64,000 bases of DNA from an uncultured Roseivirgaceae bacterium (GTDB lineage: Bacteria; Bacteroidota; Bacteroidia; Cytophagales; Cyclobacteriaceae): assembly GCA_964459925.1 (NCBI GenBank), contig CAYWOQ010000003.1, positions 14,304 through 78,303 of the forward strand, read 5' to 3'. Position 1 is the stretch's first letter. Each line of letters opens with the position of its first letter. Of the stretch, positions 47,018 to 56,710 are shown piece after piece. The translations under genes were made by a program, and so were the position numbers. Under the pieces are notes generated by a model. It had not been told where the DNA came from. It saw only the letters and a program-made list of their open reading frames with translations, and did no database searches.

Positions 47018-49875
47018 AGTATCTCTACAATATGCTTTGCCACTTTTCCTGTTCCGTCTAAAATCTGATGACGGCAAGAAGTACCTGATGCCAATATGAC
47101 GGTTTCATGGTCGGCCTTTCGCACTTTTGGAAAAAGGACTAATTCTCCAACGTTCATAGATACTTCATAGTGATCCTTTTCATATCCAAATGAACCAGCC
47201 ATCCCGCAACAACCACTTGGTATCATTTGCACTTCGTACCCAGCTGCATTTAGCAATCGCTTCGTTGGAACCATAGAGCTGAGTGCTTTCTGATGGCAAT
47301 GCCCATGAACCATGACTTTCTTCTTACCTTGGTTGAAGTCTCCGGGTGTCAATCTTTCGGACAGCAACTCTTTCTCCAGAAACTCTTCAATTGTAAACGT
47401 GAACCTACTTATCTTCTTCGCATCTTTTTGAAGGTCTCCTCTCAACAGATCTGGATACTCATCTCGGAAAGTCAGTATTGCAGAAGGCTCAACTCCTATC
47501 AAAGAGATGTCTTCTGCAAGTAAATCTTTAAAAATGGATACATTTTTTTCTGCATAAGCTTTCGCTTCATTCAGAAATCCTTTAGACAAATACGCTCTGC
47601 CACTTGGCGCATGATCAACGGCAATTACCTCATATTCCAACCTATCCAACAACATGATGGCTTTCTTCCCAACCTCAACATCCAGGTAGTTGGTAAATTC
47701 ATCAAAAAAGAAATAGACTTTGCCCTTAGTTTCCCTATGTAACGAGTGAAACTTTTTGTTGAACCACCTGCGCAGGGTGATTGTACTCATTTTCGGAATG
47801 GATCGCTTGCCAGCAAAGCCTAATACAGGTTTTGATAAATTTCTGGTAAGGTTATAAATCCAAGGTATAGCTTCAAATGCTGCCATACTCTTCGTATAAT
47901 TTGCAATCATACACGTTCTAAACGATGGTTTGCGCTCCTTATACGATTGGAATTGCCACTCCGATTTGAGCTTGCCCATGTCCACATTAGAAGGACATTC
48001 CTTTTTGCATCCTTTACACGAAAGGCACAGATCCATCACTTCCCTTATTTCGGGATGAGCGAATGGGTTTTCCTTGTCAGACCTGGTGAGCATTTCTCTA
48101 AGAATATTCGCCCTTGCTCTGGTGGTATCTTTCTCATCTCGGGTTGCCTGATAGCTTGGACACATCGTGCCTCCTGTTAAGGCTGATTTTCTACAATCTC
48201 CGGACCCGTTACACAGTTCAGCAGATCGAAGAATGCCTTGATCTTTTGAAAAATCCAGCGCCGTTTCGAACTCCCTGGTTTTTTGATTTTCCTCGTAGCG
48301 CAGTGAAGTATCCATGGGAGCAGTATCCACGATCTTACCCGGATTAAAGATGTTGTTAGGATCCCAACTCTCTTTGATCTTTTTCAAAAAATGATAGTTT
48401 CTTTCTCCTACCATTTTGGGAATAAATTCACCTCTTAGCCTTCCATCACCATGCTCACCAGATAGGGAGCCATCGTATTTTTTTACCAAATCAGCGATCT
48501 CTTCCGCAATCACTCTGAAAAGTCTTCTGCCTTCTTTTGTCTTTAAATCTAAATACGGCCTTAGGTGTAATTCTCCGGAACCAGCATGTGCATAGTGAAC
48601 ACAATAAAGGTCGTGTTTTTGGAGAATTTTATTGAAGTCCGCTATGTAATCTGGTAGCTGATTTACATCCACTGCTGTATCTTCAATTACGGGTGCAGGC
48701 TTGGAATCTCCAGGTATATTTGAAAGCAACCCTAATCCTGCTTTTCTTAAAGACCACACTTTCTGTATGTCCTCTCCTCTCACGACTGGATAGGAATACC
48801 CTAAGCGTTCTTTTTTCAACTCTCCCTTAAGTTCATTGACTTTTGAATCAACCTGTTCCTCTGAATGATCGATAAGCTCAACAACCAAAATAGCTTGAGG
48901 ATCACCCTCAACAAAAAAACGGTTTTCTACCTGTGCTAAATTTCGTTTTGTGGCATCCAGGATGTAATGATCCATTAGCTCAGATGCATGGGGGTTATAT
49001 TGTAATGCTATTAAGTTTGCTTTAAGTGCTTCATCGACACTATTACAATGGATACATACCAGCCGCTTGTGTCGACCTGGTAGTTTCGTGAGCTTTAGTT
49101 TCGCGGCTGTAACAAATGCTAGTGTGCCTTCAGACCCTGCAATCAAAGAACACAAATTAAATTTCTGACCGATGGGGTTAAATGGCCGCATGTTGCTGAG
49201 AAGATCTAGTGCATACCCGGTATTTCTTCTGGGAATATTAGGTTTTGGAAATCCTTCCCTGATTTCCTTAAGATTTTCATCATTTGATAGGATCTCCGAA
49301 ATAGTTGAATAAATCGATTGCTCCAATTCATTGGTATCTTCAAGGATTTCCTGTTCCTTAAAATGCACTTTAGTCCCATCAGACAAGAATGCTGTGACTT
49401 CTTTTAAGTGTTCCCTGGTGCTCCCGTAAACCACAGAATTAGCACCACACGAATTGTTACCGATCATTCCTCCAATCATGGCTCGATTGGCTGTGGATGT
49501 TTCCGGTGCAAAGAAATATCCGTGTTTTGATAGCTCCCGATTTAATTCATCTCTCACGACACCCGGTTGAACCCAGACATATTCCTCCTCTGTATTGATT
49601 TCAAGGATCTGATTGAAGTACTTTGAAACGTCCACTATCATTCCGTTTCCCACCACCTGACCTGCAAGTGATGTTCCTGCTGTTCTGGGAATAAGGGATA
49701 TTTCGTTTTTGTCAGCAAAAACGATGAGTTTTTTTATGTCGGATTCATCAACTGGGATAGCTACAGCTAGAGGAATCTCACGATACGCTGAAGCATCTGT
49801 AGCATAGATGCGTTTAACTGCTTCATCCGTATAAAATTCTCCAGAAAGTGATTTTTTTAACCCCTCCAAATCCAT
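47014..49875 (-). CDS. FAD-linked oxidase with fused 4Fe-4S/CCG domains (D-lactate/glycolate dehydrogenase-like)
   Basis: PRTAGTSLAGQ, GSEGTL, HAGSGELH, GEHGDG, CNGSGDC, CLSCKGCKKEC, CHQ, CCGMAG. Confidence 0.9.
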   Translation of the reverse strand: MDLEGLKKSLSGEFYTDEAVKRIYATDASAYREIPLAVAIPVDESDIKKLIVFADKNEISLIPRTAGTSLAGQVVGNGMIVDVSKYFNQILEINTEEEYVWVQPGVVRDELNRELSKHGYFFAPETSTANRAMIGGMIGNNSCGANSVVYGSTREHLKEVTAFLSDGTKVHFKEQEILEDTNELEQSIYSTISEILSNDENLKEIREGFPKPNIPRRNTGYALDLLSNMRPFNPIGQKFNLCSLIAGSEGTLAFVTAAKLKLTKLPGRHKRLVCIHCNSVDEALKANLIALQYNPHASELMDHYILDATKRNLAQVENRFFVEGDPQAILVVELIDHSEEQVDSKVNELKGELKKERLGYSYPVVRGEDIQKVWSLRKAGLGLLSNIPGDSKPAPVIEDTAVDVNQLPDYIADFNKILQKHDLYCVHYAHAGSGELHLRPYLDLKTKEGRRLFRVIAEEIADLVKKYDGSLSGEHGDGRLRGEFIPKMVGERNYHFLKKIKESWDPNNIFNPGKIVDTAPMDTSLRYEENQKTREFETALDFSKDQGILRSAELCNGSGDCRKSALTGGTMCPSYQATRDEKDTTRARANILREMLTRSDKENPFAHPEIREVMDLCLSCKGCKKECPSNVDMGKLKSEWQFQSYKERKPSFRTCMIANYTKSMAAFEAIPWIYNLTRNLSKPVLGFAGKRSIPKMSTITLRRWFNKKFHSLHRETKGKVYFFFDEFTNYLDVEVGKKAIMLLDRLEYEVIAVDHAPSGRAYLSKGFLNEAKAYAEKNVSIFKDLLAEDISLIGVEPSAILTFRDEYPDLLRGDLQKDAKKISRFTFTIEEFLEKELLSERLTPGDFNQGKKKVMVHGHCHQKALSSMVPTKRLLNAAGYEVQMIPSGCCGMAGSFGYEKDHYEVSMNVGELVLFPKVRKADHETVILASGTSCRHQILDGTGKVAKHIVEIL

Positions 49876-49937
49876 CCCTCAAACCTACGTGAGATTCATA
49901 TTATAAGAAGGAGAAAACCTGTAAAGTTTAGAAGTGT

Positions 49938-50798
49938 TTAACCCTTGATATTTTTCTTGTTAATAGTTAATACTGGAATCGTGGATTTTTTTGTCAGTTT
50001 AGTCGCAAATGAATTTCGGAAAAACCGATATAAACCACCTTGTGCCTCTGAAATTACCACGATTAAACCTGCATCTGTTCCTTCTGCATAATCCAGCAGT
50101 GCTTCACTTTTCTTGTTGTCCTCAACTACATCAATCAGGTAATTAGAAAGGCCGGAGAACTTGGCGATTTCATCAAGCTTATTGACCAATTCTGTTTGAT
50201 AGGTCTTCGTTATATCTATGATGTGAAGTCTTGCTTCTAAAGGTTGCACGATATCCTTCACGATATTGAAAACAGATTTTGTATACTCCTGATCCTCCAC
50301 ATCAAGTCCAAGAACAATGTCTTCAATTTTGTGATACTGTTGGTCCTGCAATGAAATCACTGGGACACTTAAATTTTCTATCAACTGCTCTGTATGATTT
50401 CCACTAAACAATTCTTGGATACTTTCCTCACCAGTTGTTCCTATTACGACTAGATCTGTCCCGTTTTTTTCAATATAATGCTGTATTCCATTTAAAAAAC
50501 CACCTCCAAATTGTCTTCCAGTTATCTCCACTTCATCTGAGGAGAACTCTTCTACCAGATCCTTGATCTTTCGATTATTTGCCCTGAACAATTGAGCATT
50601 GAACAATGAATCATCTGTTATTGAAAACTGACTTCCAGAAGCATCTCCTGACAGGTGCAGCGAAAGATCTCCTAATGGGACTTCTTCTAAATGAAGCAAC
50701 GTGACCTGTGCGCCGAGTGGCTTAGCTATCTGAACTGCAAAATCAAGTGCATGATGCGACAATTTAGAAAAATCGGTTGGGACTAATATCTTTTTCAT
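49938..50798 (-). CDS. Tandem universal stress protein
   Basis: KKILVPTDFS, DLVVIGTTG, two Usp domains. Confidence 0.88.
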   Translation of the reverse strand: MKKILVPTDFSKLSHHALDFAVQIAKPLGAQVTLLHLEEVPLGDLSLHLSGDASGSQFSITDDSLFNAQLFRANNRKIKDLVEEFSSDEVEITGRQFGGGFLNGIQHYIEKNGTDLVVIGTTGEESIQELFSGNHTEQLIENLSVPVISLQDQQYHKIEDIVLGLDVEDQEYTKSVFNIVKDIVQPLEARLHIIDITKTYQTELVNKLDEIAKFSGLSNYLIDVVEDNKKSEALLDYAEGTDAGLIVVISEAQGGLYRFFRNSFATKLTKKSTIPVLTINKKNIKG

Positions 50799-51178
50799 GA
50801 CAATACAATTTGTGATGGAAAGCCAAGGTAAGCACTTATAAATCTGTGATTAAGGACAATTATCAGGAATTGGAATGCTTTAGATCAGTTATTTCTCGTC
50901 TAGAAATAAGGATTTAATGTAACCTCCCGAACTCACCTAAGTTTCGCCGACAGAATTCACCAAATGGACCAACTGGAAGATCACTACTTAATGCTAAAAG
51001 TGAAAGATGTAAAGATGACTTATCGTCACATACCATATAAAATACCGATGAGTGTGGCTTTTCTATGCTTAACACCTCGAATTTTAGCATATTCTTAAAA
51101 ATAATTGATTAAAACACCTCACATTATTATTCCGTGTAATCAACAGCTTAATAATTGTTAATTTTATAAATTAATCAA

Positions 51179-51199
51179 GGTTATTTTAAAAAAATAACC
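51179..51199. promoter_or_regulatory. Inverted repeat GGTTATTTT-N3-AAAATAACC, candidate operator upstream of amt
   Basis: Perfect 9-bp arms with 3-nt spacer, about 105 nt upstream of the amt ATG. Confidence 0.4.
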
Positions 51200-51304
51200 A
51201 AAAATTAACGTTTTTCTGATAATACGTACACATTTGCTTTCTGTTAAAATAGAAGGGCTCTTGTCCCATCCCAGAGTCTTTCATATTTAGCCAATTTAAT
51301 CGAT

Positions 51305-52645
51305 ATGAAAGCAACCGAATTATCCCCTACCTTAACTCAAAATCTTGATTCAGCAGCTATCGATAGTTCTCAGGTAGTTAATACAGAGCAAATAAATGCA
51401 GACCTCTTGGCACAAATGGGAGAAACACTACTAACTGTCAATAACCTTTGGATGATGGTGGCAACGGCCTTGGTTTTCATCATGCACCTTGGGTTCGCTG
51501 GGGTAGAAGCAGGATTTGGTCAATCCAAAAATACAGTCAACATTCTTTTCAAAAACACCTTGACCCCAATCATTGGGATTCTCACGTACGCTTTCATTGG
51601 TTTCAACCTAATGTATCCAGGATTCGCTGAAGGTGTGGGTGGGGAATGGTTTGGATTTGCAGGATTTGGCCTTGAATCCATTGGAACCGCAGATAATTCC
51701 ATTGGATATGCTGGAGGTAATTATGCCTATTGGACAGATTTTTTGTTTCAGGCCATGTTTGCAGCAACAGCAGCAACGATTGTGTCTGGAGCCGTGGCAG
51801 AACGCATTAAACTGACAGCCTATCTTGCATTTACCATTTTATTTGTTGGGGTGGTCTATCCCATTATTGGGAGTTGGAAATGGGGCTATGGATTTTTGGA
51901 TGATTGGGGTTTTTATGATTTTGCTGGATCAACCCTTGTGCACTCAGTAGGTGGATGGGGTGCACTCGCTGGAGTTATGATCATCGGACCAAGAATTGGA
52001 AAATATGTTGATGGCAAAGTGATTGATAAGCCAGGTTCTAGTGTTCCACTGGCGGTAATTGGTGTATTTCTTCTTTGGCTCGGATGGTTTGGTTTTAATG
52101 GTGGATCTGTCCTTTCTGCTGATCCTGGAGTTGTTTCCTATGTATTAGTAACCACCTCGCTTTCAGCTTGCGCAGGTGGGCTTGGAGGTTTCATCACAGC
52201 ATACATAACATTCCGAAGATTGGATCTAGGCATGGTGCTCAACGGAATTTTAGCTGGACTCGTTGGTATTACTGCAGGAGCAGATGTTATTGAACCTGGT
52301 AATAGTATTCTGGTCGGAGCTATATCCGGGATACTGGTTGTCATCTCAGCTGTTTCTTTAGATAAGCTCAAGCTTGATGATGTTGTTGGTGCTATCTCCG
52401 TTCACCTTACATGTGGTATTTGGGGGACACTTGCAGTGGGCCTATTTTCTATCAATCCAGAACATACCTTCGCAATTCAATTGAAATCAGTGCTGATTAT
52501 CGGTGCAACTGCATTTACTGCGGCTACTGTTATTTTTCTAGCACTCAAATACACCATCGGAATTAGAGTGACGGAAGAGCATGAAAGAGAGGGATTAGAC
52601 AGTCATGAACATGGTATTAGAGGTTACACTATCACAACAGAATAA
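51305..52645 (+). CDS. amt: Ammonium transporter
   Basis: FQAMFAAT..IVSGAVAER, DFAGSTLVH and SVH twin His, WFGFNGGS, DDVVGA. Confidence 0.96.
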   Translation: MKATELSPTLTQNLDSAAIDSSQVVNTEQINADLLAQMGETLLTVNNLWMMVATALVFIMHLGFAGVEAGFGQSKNTVNILFKNTLTPIIGILTYAFIGFNLMYPGFAEGVGGEWFGFAGFGLESIGTADNSIGYAGGNYAYWTDFLFQAMFAATAATIVSGAVAERIKLTAYLAFTILFVGVVYPIIGSWKWGYGFLDDWGFYDFAGSTLVHSVGGWGALAGVMIIGPRIGKYVDGKVIDKPGSSVPLAVIGVFLLWLGWFGFNGGSVLSADPGVVSYVLVTTSLSACAGGLGGFITAYITFRRLDLGMVLNGILAGLVGITAGADVIEPGNSILVGAISGILVVISAVSLDKLKLDDVVGAISVHLTCGIWGTLAVGLFSINPEHTFAIQLKSVLIIGATAFTAATVIFLALKYTIGIRVTEEHEREGLDSHEHGIRGYTITTE

Positions 52646-52726
52646 TATTTAACATCAAAATCGATTTATCTGGGTCAATCCACAGATCGTTTGTATTTTT
52701 AAAAGTTTAATAATCATAGGCAGTAA

Positions 52727-53737
52727 ATGACAAAAAGTAAATTAGAGTACATCTGGCTTGATGGGAACAAACCAACCCAAATGCTAAGAAGTAAAACCTT
52801 AATTGTAAATGATTTTAGTGGTAACGTAGAGGACGCACCTAACTGGTCTTTCGACGGTTCATCAACAGAACAAGCTACTGGAGATAATTCAGACTGTGTG
52901 TTGAAACCCGTTAAATCAGTAGTTGATCCGGGAAGACGGGATGGCTGGTTAATTATGTGTGAAGTAATGAATGCAGATGGTACACCACATGAATCCAATG
53001 GAAGAGCAACGATTGAAGATGATGGGGATTTCTGGTTCGGGTTTGAGCAAGAGTATGTTCTAACAGATTTAGAACACATGCGACCACTTGGATTTCCAGC
53101 AGCCGGTTATTATCCACCACCACAAGGACCATTCTACTGTTCAGTAGGTGCTGAGTTTGCGGTCGGGAGAGATATTGTAGAAAGACATATGGACTACTGT
53201 ATTGATGCTGGACTTAACATTGAAGGGATCAATGCAGAGGTAATGAAAGGCCAATGGGAATACCAGATTTTTGCAAAAGGAGCAAAAGAAGCAGGAGATC
53301 AAATTTGGCTGGCCAGATATCTATGTGAAAGGGTTGGAGAAGAATATGGTGTAAGAATCAATCTAGAACCAAAACCAGTGAAAGGTGATTGGAATGGATC
53401 TGGTATGCACGCCAACTTCTCGAATGAAATCATGAGAACATGTGGTGATGAAAAAATTTTTACTGCTATTTGTGAGGAATTTGGTAAACACGTTCCAGAT
53501 CATATTGCGGTTTACGGTGAAAAAAATGACGAGCGGCTGACTGGAGAGCACGAAACACAGTCAATTGATAGATTTTCATACGGAGCTTCTGACAGAGGTG
53601 CTTCCATAAGAATTCCAATCAGTACGTTAGAAAATGGCTGGAAGGGAAGACTTGAGGATAGAAGGCCAGCTTCCAATGCAGATCCATATAAAGTGGCTGC
53701 TGTTATCATCAAATCTGTGAAAGCAGCCGGATATTAA
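52727..53737 (+). CDS. glnII: Glutamine synthetase type II
   Basis: 336 aa; EYIWLDG, FDGSST, GFEQEY, NAEVMKGQWEYQ, DWNGSGMH, RGASIRIP, EDRRPASNADPY. Confidence 0.93.
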   Translation: MTKSKLEYIWLDGNKPTQMLRSKTLIVNDFSGNVEDAPNWSFDGSSTEQATGDNSDCVLKPVKSVVDPGRRDGWLIMCEVMNADGTPHESNGRATIEDDGDFWFGFEQEYVLTDLEHMRPLGFPAAGYYPPPQGPFYCSVGAEFAVGRDIVERHMDYCIDAGLNIEGINAEVMKGQWEYQIFAKGAKEAGDQIWLARYLCERVGEEYGVRINLEPKPVKGDWNGSGMHANFSNEIMRTCGDEKIFTAICEEFGKHVPDHIAVYGEKNDERLTGEHETQSIDRFSYGASDRGASIRIPISTLENGWKGRLEDRRPASNADPYKVAAVIIKSVKAAGY

Positions 53738-53764
53738 AATTTTAAATGATAGCTAATTCTACAG

Positions 53765-53796
53765 TAGGTCAGCCTTTTTAGGTTGACCTATTTTTT
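53765..53796 (+). terminator. Intrinsic terminator after amt-glnII
   Basis: taggtcagcct-tttt-aggttgaccta 11-bp stem (one G-U) followed by T6. Confidence 0.8.
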
Positions 53797-53814
53797 CTTC
53801 ATTATCTTGGTCTA

Positions 53815-54735
53815 ATGGACACTATTGATCAGGCGGTATTAAATTTTAGTGAAGAAAATCTCTTTCTTTTAAACCTAAGCCTTGGGTTTATCATGTTTGG
53901 AGTTGCGATCAATTTACGAATCTCCGATTTCTTGTTAGTACTCAAAAACCCCAAGTCAGCTTTTACTGGCTTACTCTCTCAATTTATTATACTACCAGCA
54001 CTCACTTATGTTTTGATACTTATTTTACAACCTAAGGCAAGTTTTGCCCTGGGAATGATGTTGGTTGCCGCTTGCCCTGGGGGTAATATTTCCAACTTTA
54101 TGTCAGCAATGGCAAAAGGTAATGCCGCACTTTCGGTAAGCCTTACGGCTGTTTCAAGTTCCTTGTCTATCGTTATGACTCCCCTGAATTTGACTTTTTG
54201 GGCTAGTATCTACCCGCCAACATCAAGTATTCTAACTGAGGTAAGCCTCGACTTTTTATCCATGCTGAAAACGATTTCACTGTTGCTGATTGTTCCAATT
54301 ATTTTAGGAATGTTGGTCAGAAAGCATAGACCTAAAGTAGCTGACAAGCTACATCCCTTCATGCACTATTCGTCCATTCTTGTCTTTGCGGCCATCATAT
54401 TAATGGCTTTCATGGCAAATTTTGACCTGTTTATTGAATACATTCAATTAGTCATATTTTTAGTGCTCATTCATAATGCGGTAGCGATTACTGCGGGTTA
54501 CCAGTTAGCAAGATTTTTTAAACTGGGTTGGTCAGACAGTAGGTCTATTGCGATTGAGACAGGTATTCAAAACTCAGGGCTTGGGCTAATCCTTATCTTC
54601 TCTTTTTTCAATGGCCTTGGAGGCATGGCTATTGTCGCAGCCTGGTGGGGAATCTGGCATATTCTATCTGGTCTCAGTCTCGCATATTTCTGGAGCAGAA
54701 ATACCAGCGTACAGCCGGTAAAAGTTTCTAATTAG
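53815..54735 (+). CDS. Bile acid:sodium symporter family transporter
   Basis: IMFGVAINL, ACPGGNISN, ETGIQNSGL. Confidence 0.92.
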   Translation: MDTIDQAVLNFSEENLFLLNLSLGFIMFGVAINLRISDFLLVLKNPKSAFTGLLSQFIILPALTYVLILILQPKASFALGMMLVAACPGGNISNFMSAMAKGNAALSVSLTAVSSSLSIVMTPLNLTFWASIYPPTSSILTEVSLDFLSMLKTISLLLIVPIILGMLVRKHRPKVADKLHPFMHYSSILVFAAIILMAFMANFDLFIEYIQLVIFLVLIHNAVAITAGYQLARFFKLGWSDSRSIAIETGIQNSGLGLILIFSFFNGLGGMAIVAAWWGIWHILSGLSLAYFWSRNTSVQPVKVSN

Positions 54736-54776
54736 AAATCTGTAAATCCCTAATAGTCAATAGAGAATAAATTACT

Positions 54777-54784
54777 TATTTTTG
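54777..54784 (+). promoter_or_regulatory. Bacteroidota -7 element TATTTTTG upstream of ppiD
   Basis: Exact TAnnTTTG match 31 nt before the ATG. Confidence 0.55.
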
Positions 54785-54815
54785 CCGACCTTAAAAAAGG
54801 AGTATTAATACAGAC

Positions 54816-56654
54816 ATGGCATTAATAGGTATACTTAGGAATAAGATGGGTAAGATAGTGGTCGGAGCTATTATGGTTACTATGGTAGCGTTCATTGGCA
54901 CTGATCTTATTGGAAATTCAACACTATTTGGTGGTGGTCCAGATCAGGATATTGCTGAAATAGCCGGGACAACAATCACCAATACACAATTTCAGAATAA
55001 AGTTGACGAGCTATCCTACAACTTTGCATTAAATGCCGGAAGAAATCCACTTCAGCAAGAAATTGACCAAATTAGAAATCAAGCCTGGAATGCATTGATT
55101 TTTGATGAGGCTTACCAAGGTCAATTCGACGATCTTGGACTTGTCGTAACAAATGACGAATTGGTGGACATGGTCCAAGGAGCAAACATCAGCCCACAGA
55201 TCAAGCAGTTTTTCGGCAATCCCAATACAGGAGAATTTGACAAAGCGAACGTAACCAACTTCCTTGCCTCGCTTCAGCAAGCACCTCCACAGCAAAGAAA
55301 TTCATGGATCACATTTGAGCAGTCCTTGGTGCCAAACAGATTGGTTGAGAAATACAGCAATCTAATATCCAAAACAAATTATGTAACCAAGTATGAGGCA
55401 AAAGATGAATACACCAATCAAAACGCTAACGCGACAATAGAGTATGTGTTTGTTCCTTTTTTAAGTGTTTCAGATTCGTTGGTATCAGTTTCTGATAGCG
55501 AGCTGGAAGATTACATAAATGACAATAAATCAGAGTTTCAGCGAGAGGAAACAAGAAGTTTAGAGTATGTGTCTTTTGCAATTACGCCATCAGCTAGTGA
55601 CTCTGCTGTAGTTGAGCAAGAAATCTACGATTTAAAAGATGAAATGGCACAAGCTACCAATGATTCTTCCTTTGTTAGCATCAATTCGGATGATCCCTAT
55701 TCATTCATTACCTACAATGAGGACAATCTTCCTGATTCATTACGAGGAAAAGAAGCTGGCTACATTACCCAACCGACCATTATCAATGGAGCCTACGAAT
55801 TTTCCAAACTATCAAGAATTGATGCAGACAATCCTGACAGCTTACTCTACAGAGTTGGGAAGGTTAGAAAAAATATAAACCTCTATATTTCAGATGAAAC
55901 CATCAATGAAGTTTACCGAAGTGCTGATCTTTTTGCTGCGTCTGCTGGCAACCTTGAAGAATTCAGAAGATTAGCTGGTGAGCAAAACCTGAACATTATC
56001 AAGGGTACACGAATTGGTCAAAATGCTCAACGAGTTGGAAGACTTGCAGATGCTCGTTCTTTGGTCCTTTGGCTTTACAATGAAGGAGAGGTTGGTGCAG
56101 TGTCTGATGTTAAAGAAATTGAGGATCAATACATTGTCGCAGCTATGACTACCCTTCAGGAAAAAGGGATAGCTAACCTTGATGATGTAAGAAATCAGGT
56201 GGAAAGAAAAGTCAAGAATGAGAAGAAAGCAGAAGTCATTTTGTCAAAACTGAATGGGCTTGATACAGAAGATATGGAATCCTTGGTTGTAGCATACGGT
56301 GATGGTGCTAAAAGTGGAACCGCTGACTTACAATTGTTTTCAAATAACATTTCTGGAATCGGGTATGCACCTGAAGCTATAGGCCTTTCATTTGCCTTAG
56401 ATGAAGAAGAAACCACACGTGCCTTCACCGTGCAAGATGGTGTTGTGGTCGTAAAACTAACCGCTAAGGCCATGCCAGAAGATTTAGATGATTATTCTTC
56501 TTTCGCTTTGCAGGTTTCAAGTCAACGTTTAGGTCCAAATGCTTTATTGGCCGACTTCCCGCTATCCTATTTTAGAGTATTCATCGCTCGAAAAGTGGAC
56601 GATGCGGTGAAAGAATTTGCAGATATCGAAGATATGCGATACAAGTTCTTTTAG
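54816..56654 (+). CDS. ppiD: PpiD-like periplasmic chaperone (SurA_N domains), apparently lacking the central parvulin domain
   Basis: LIGILRNK + TM anchor, SurA_N region, C-terminal PpiD domain; no ARHIL/GGDLG rotamase motifs; 612 aa. Confidence 0.8.
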   Translation: MALIGILRNKMGKIVVGAIMVTMVAFIGTDLIGNSTLFGGGPDQDIAEIAGTTITNTQFQNKVDELSYNFALNAGRNPLQQEIDQIRNQAWNALIFDEAYQGQFDDLGLVVTNDELVDMVQGANISPQIKQFFGNPNTGEFDKANVTNFLASLQQAPPQQRNSWITFEQSLVPNRLVEKYSNLISKTNYVTKYEAKDEYTNQNANATIEYVFVPFLSVSDSLVSVSDSELEDYINDNKSEFQREETRSLEYVSFAITPSASDSAVVEQEIYDLKDEMAQATNDSSFVSINSDDPYSFITYNEDNLPDSLRGKEAGYITQPTIINGAYEFSKLSRIDADNPDSLLYRVGKVRKNINLYISDETINEVYRSADLFAASAGNLEEFRRLAGEQNLNIIKGTRIGQNAQRVGRLADARSLVLWLYNEGEVGAVSDVKEIEDQYIVAAMTTLQEKGIANLDDVRNQVERKVKNEKKAEVILSKLNGLDTEDMESLVVAYGDGAKSGTADLQLFSNNISGIGYAPEAIGLSFALDEEETTRAFTVQDGVVVVKLTAKAMPEDLDDYSSFALQVSSQRLGPNALLADFPLSYFRVFIARKVDDAVKEFADIEDMRYKFF

Positions 56655-56675
56655 GGAACAATTGTAGATAAAACC

Positions 56676-56708
56676 AAAACCCATCCTAGATCAAGGATGG
56701 GTTTTTTT
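56676..56708. terminator. Bidirectional intrinsic terminator between convergent ppiD and mazG
   Basis: aaaacccatcct-agatca-aggatgggtttt 12-bp stem flanked by A and T tracts. Confidence 0.85.
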
Positions 56709-56710
56709 AT

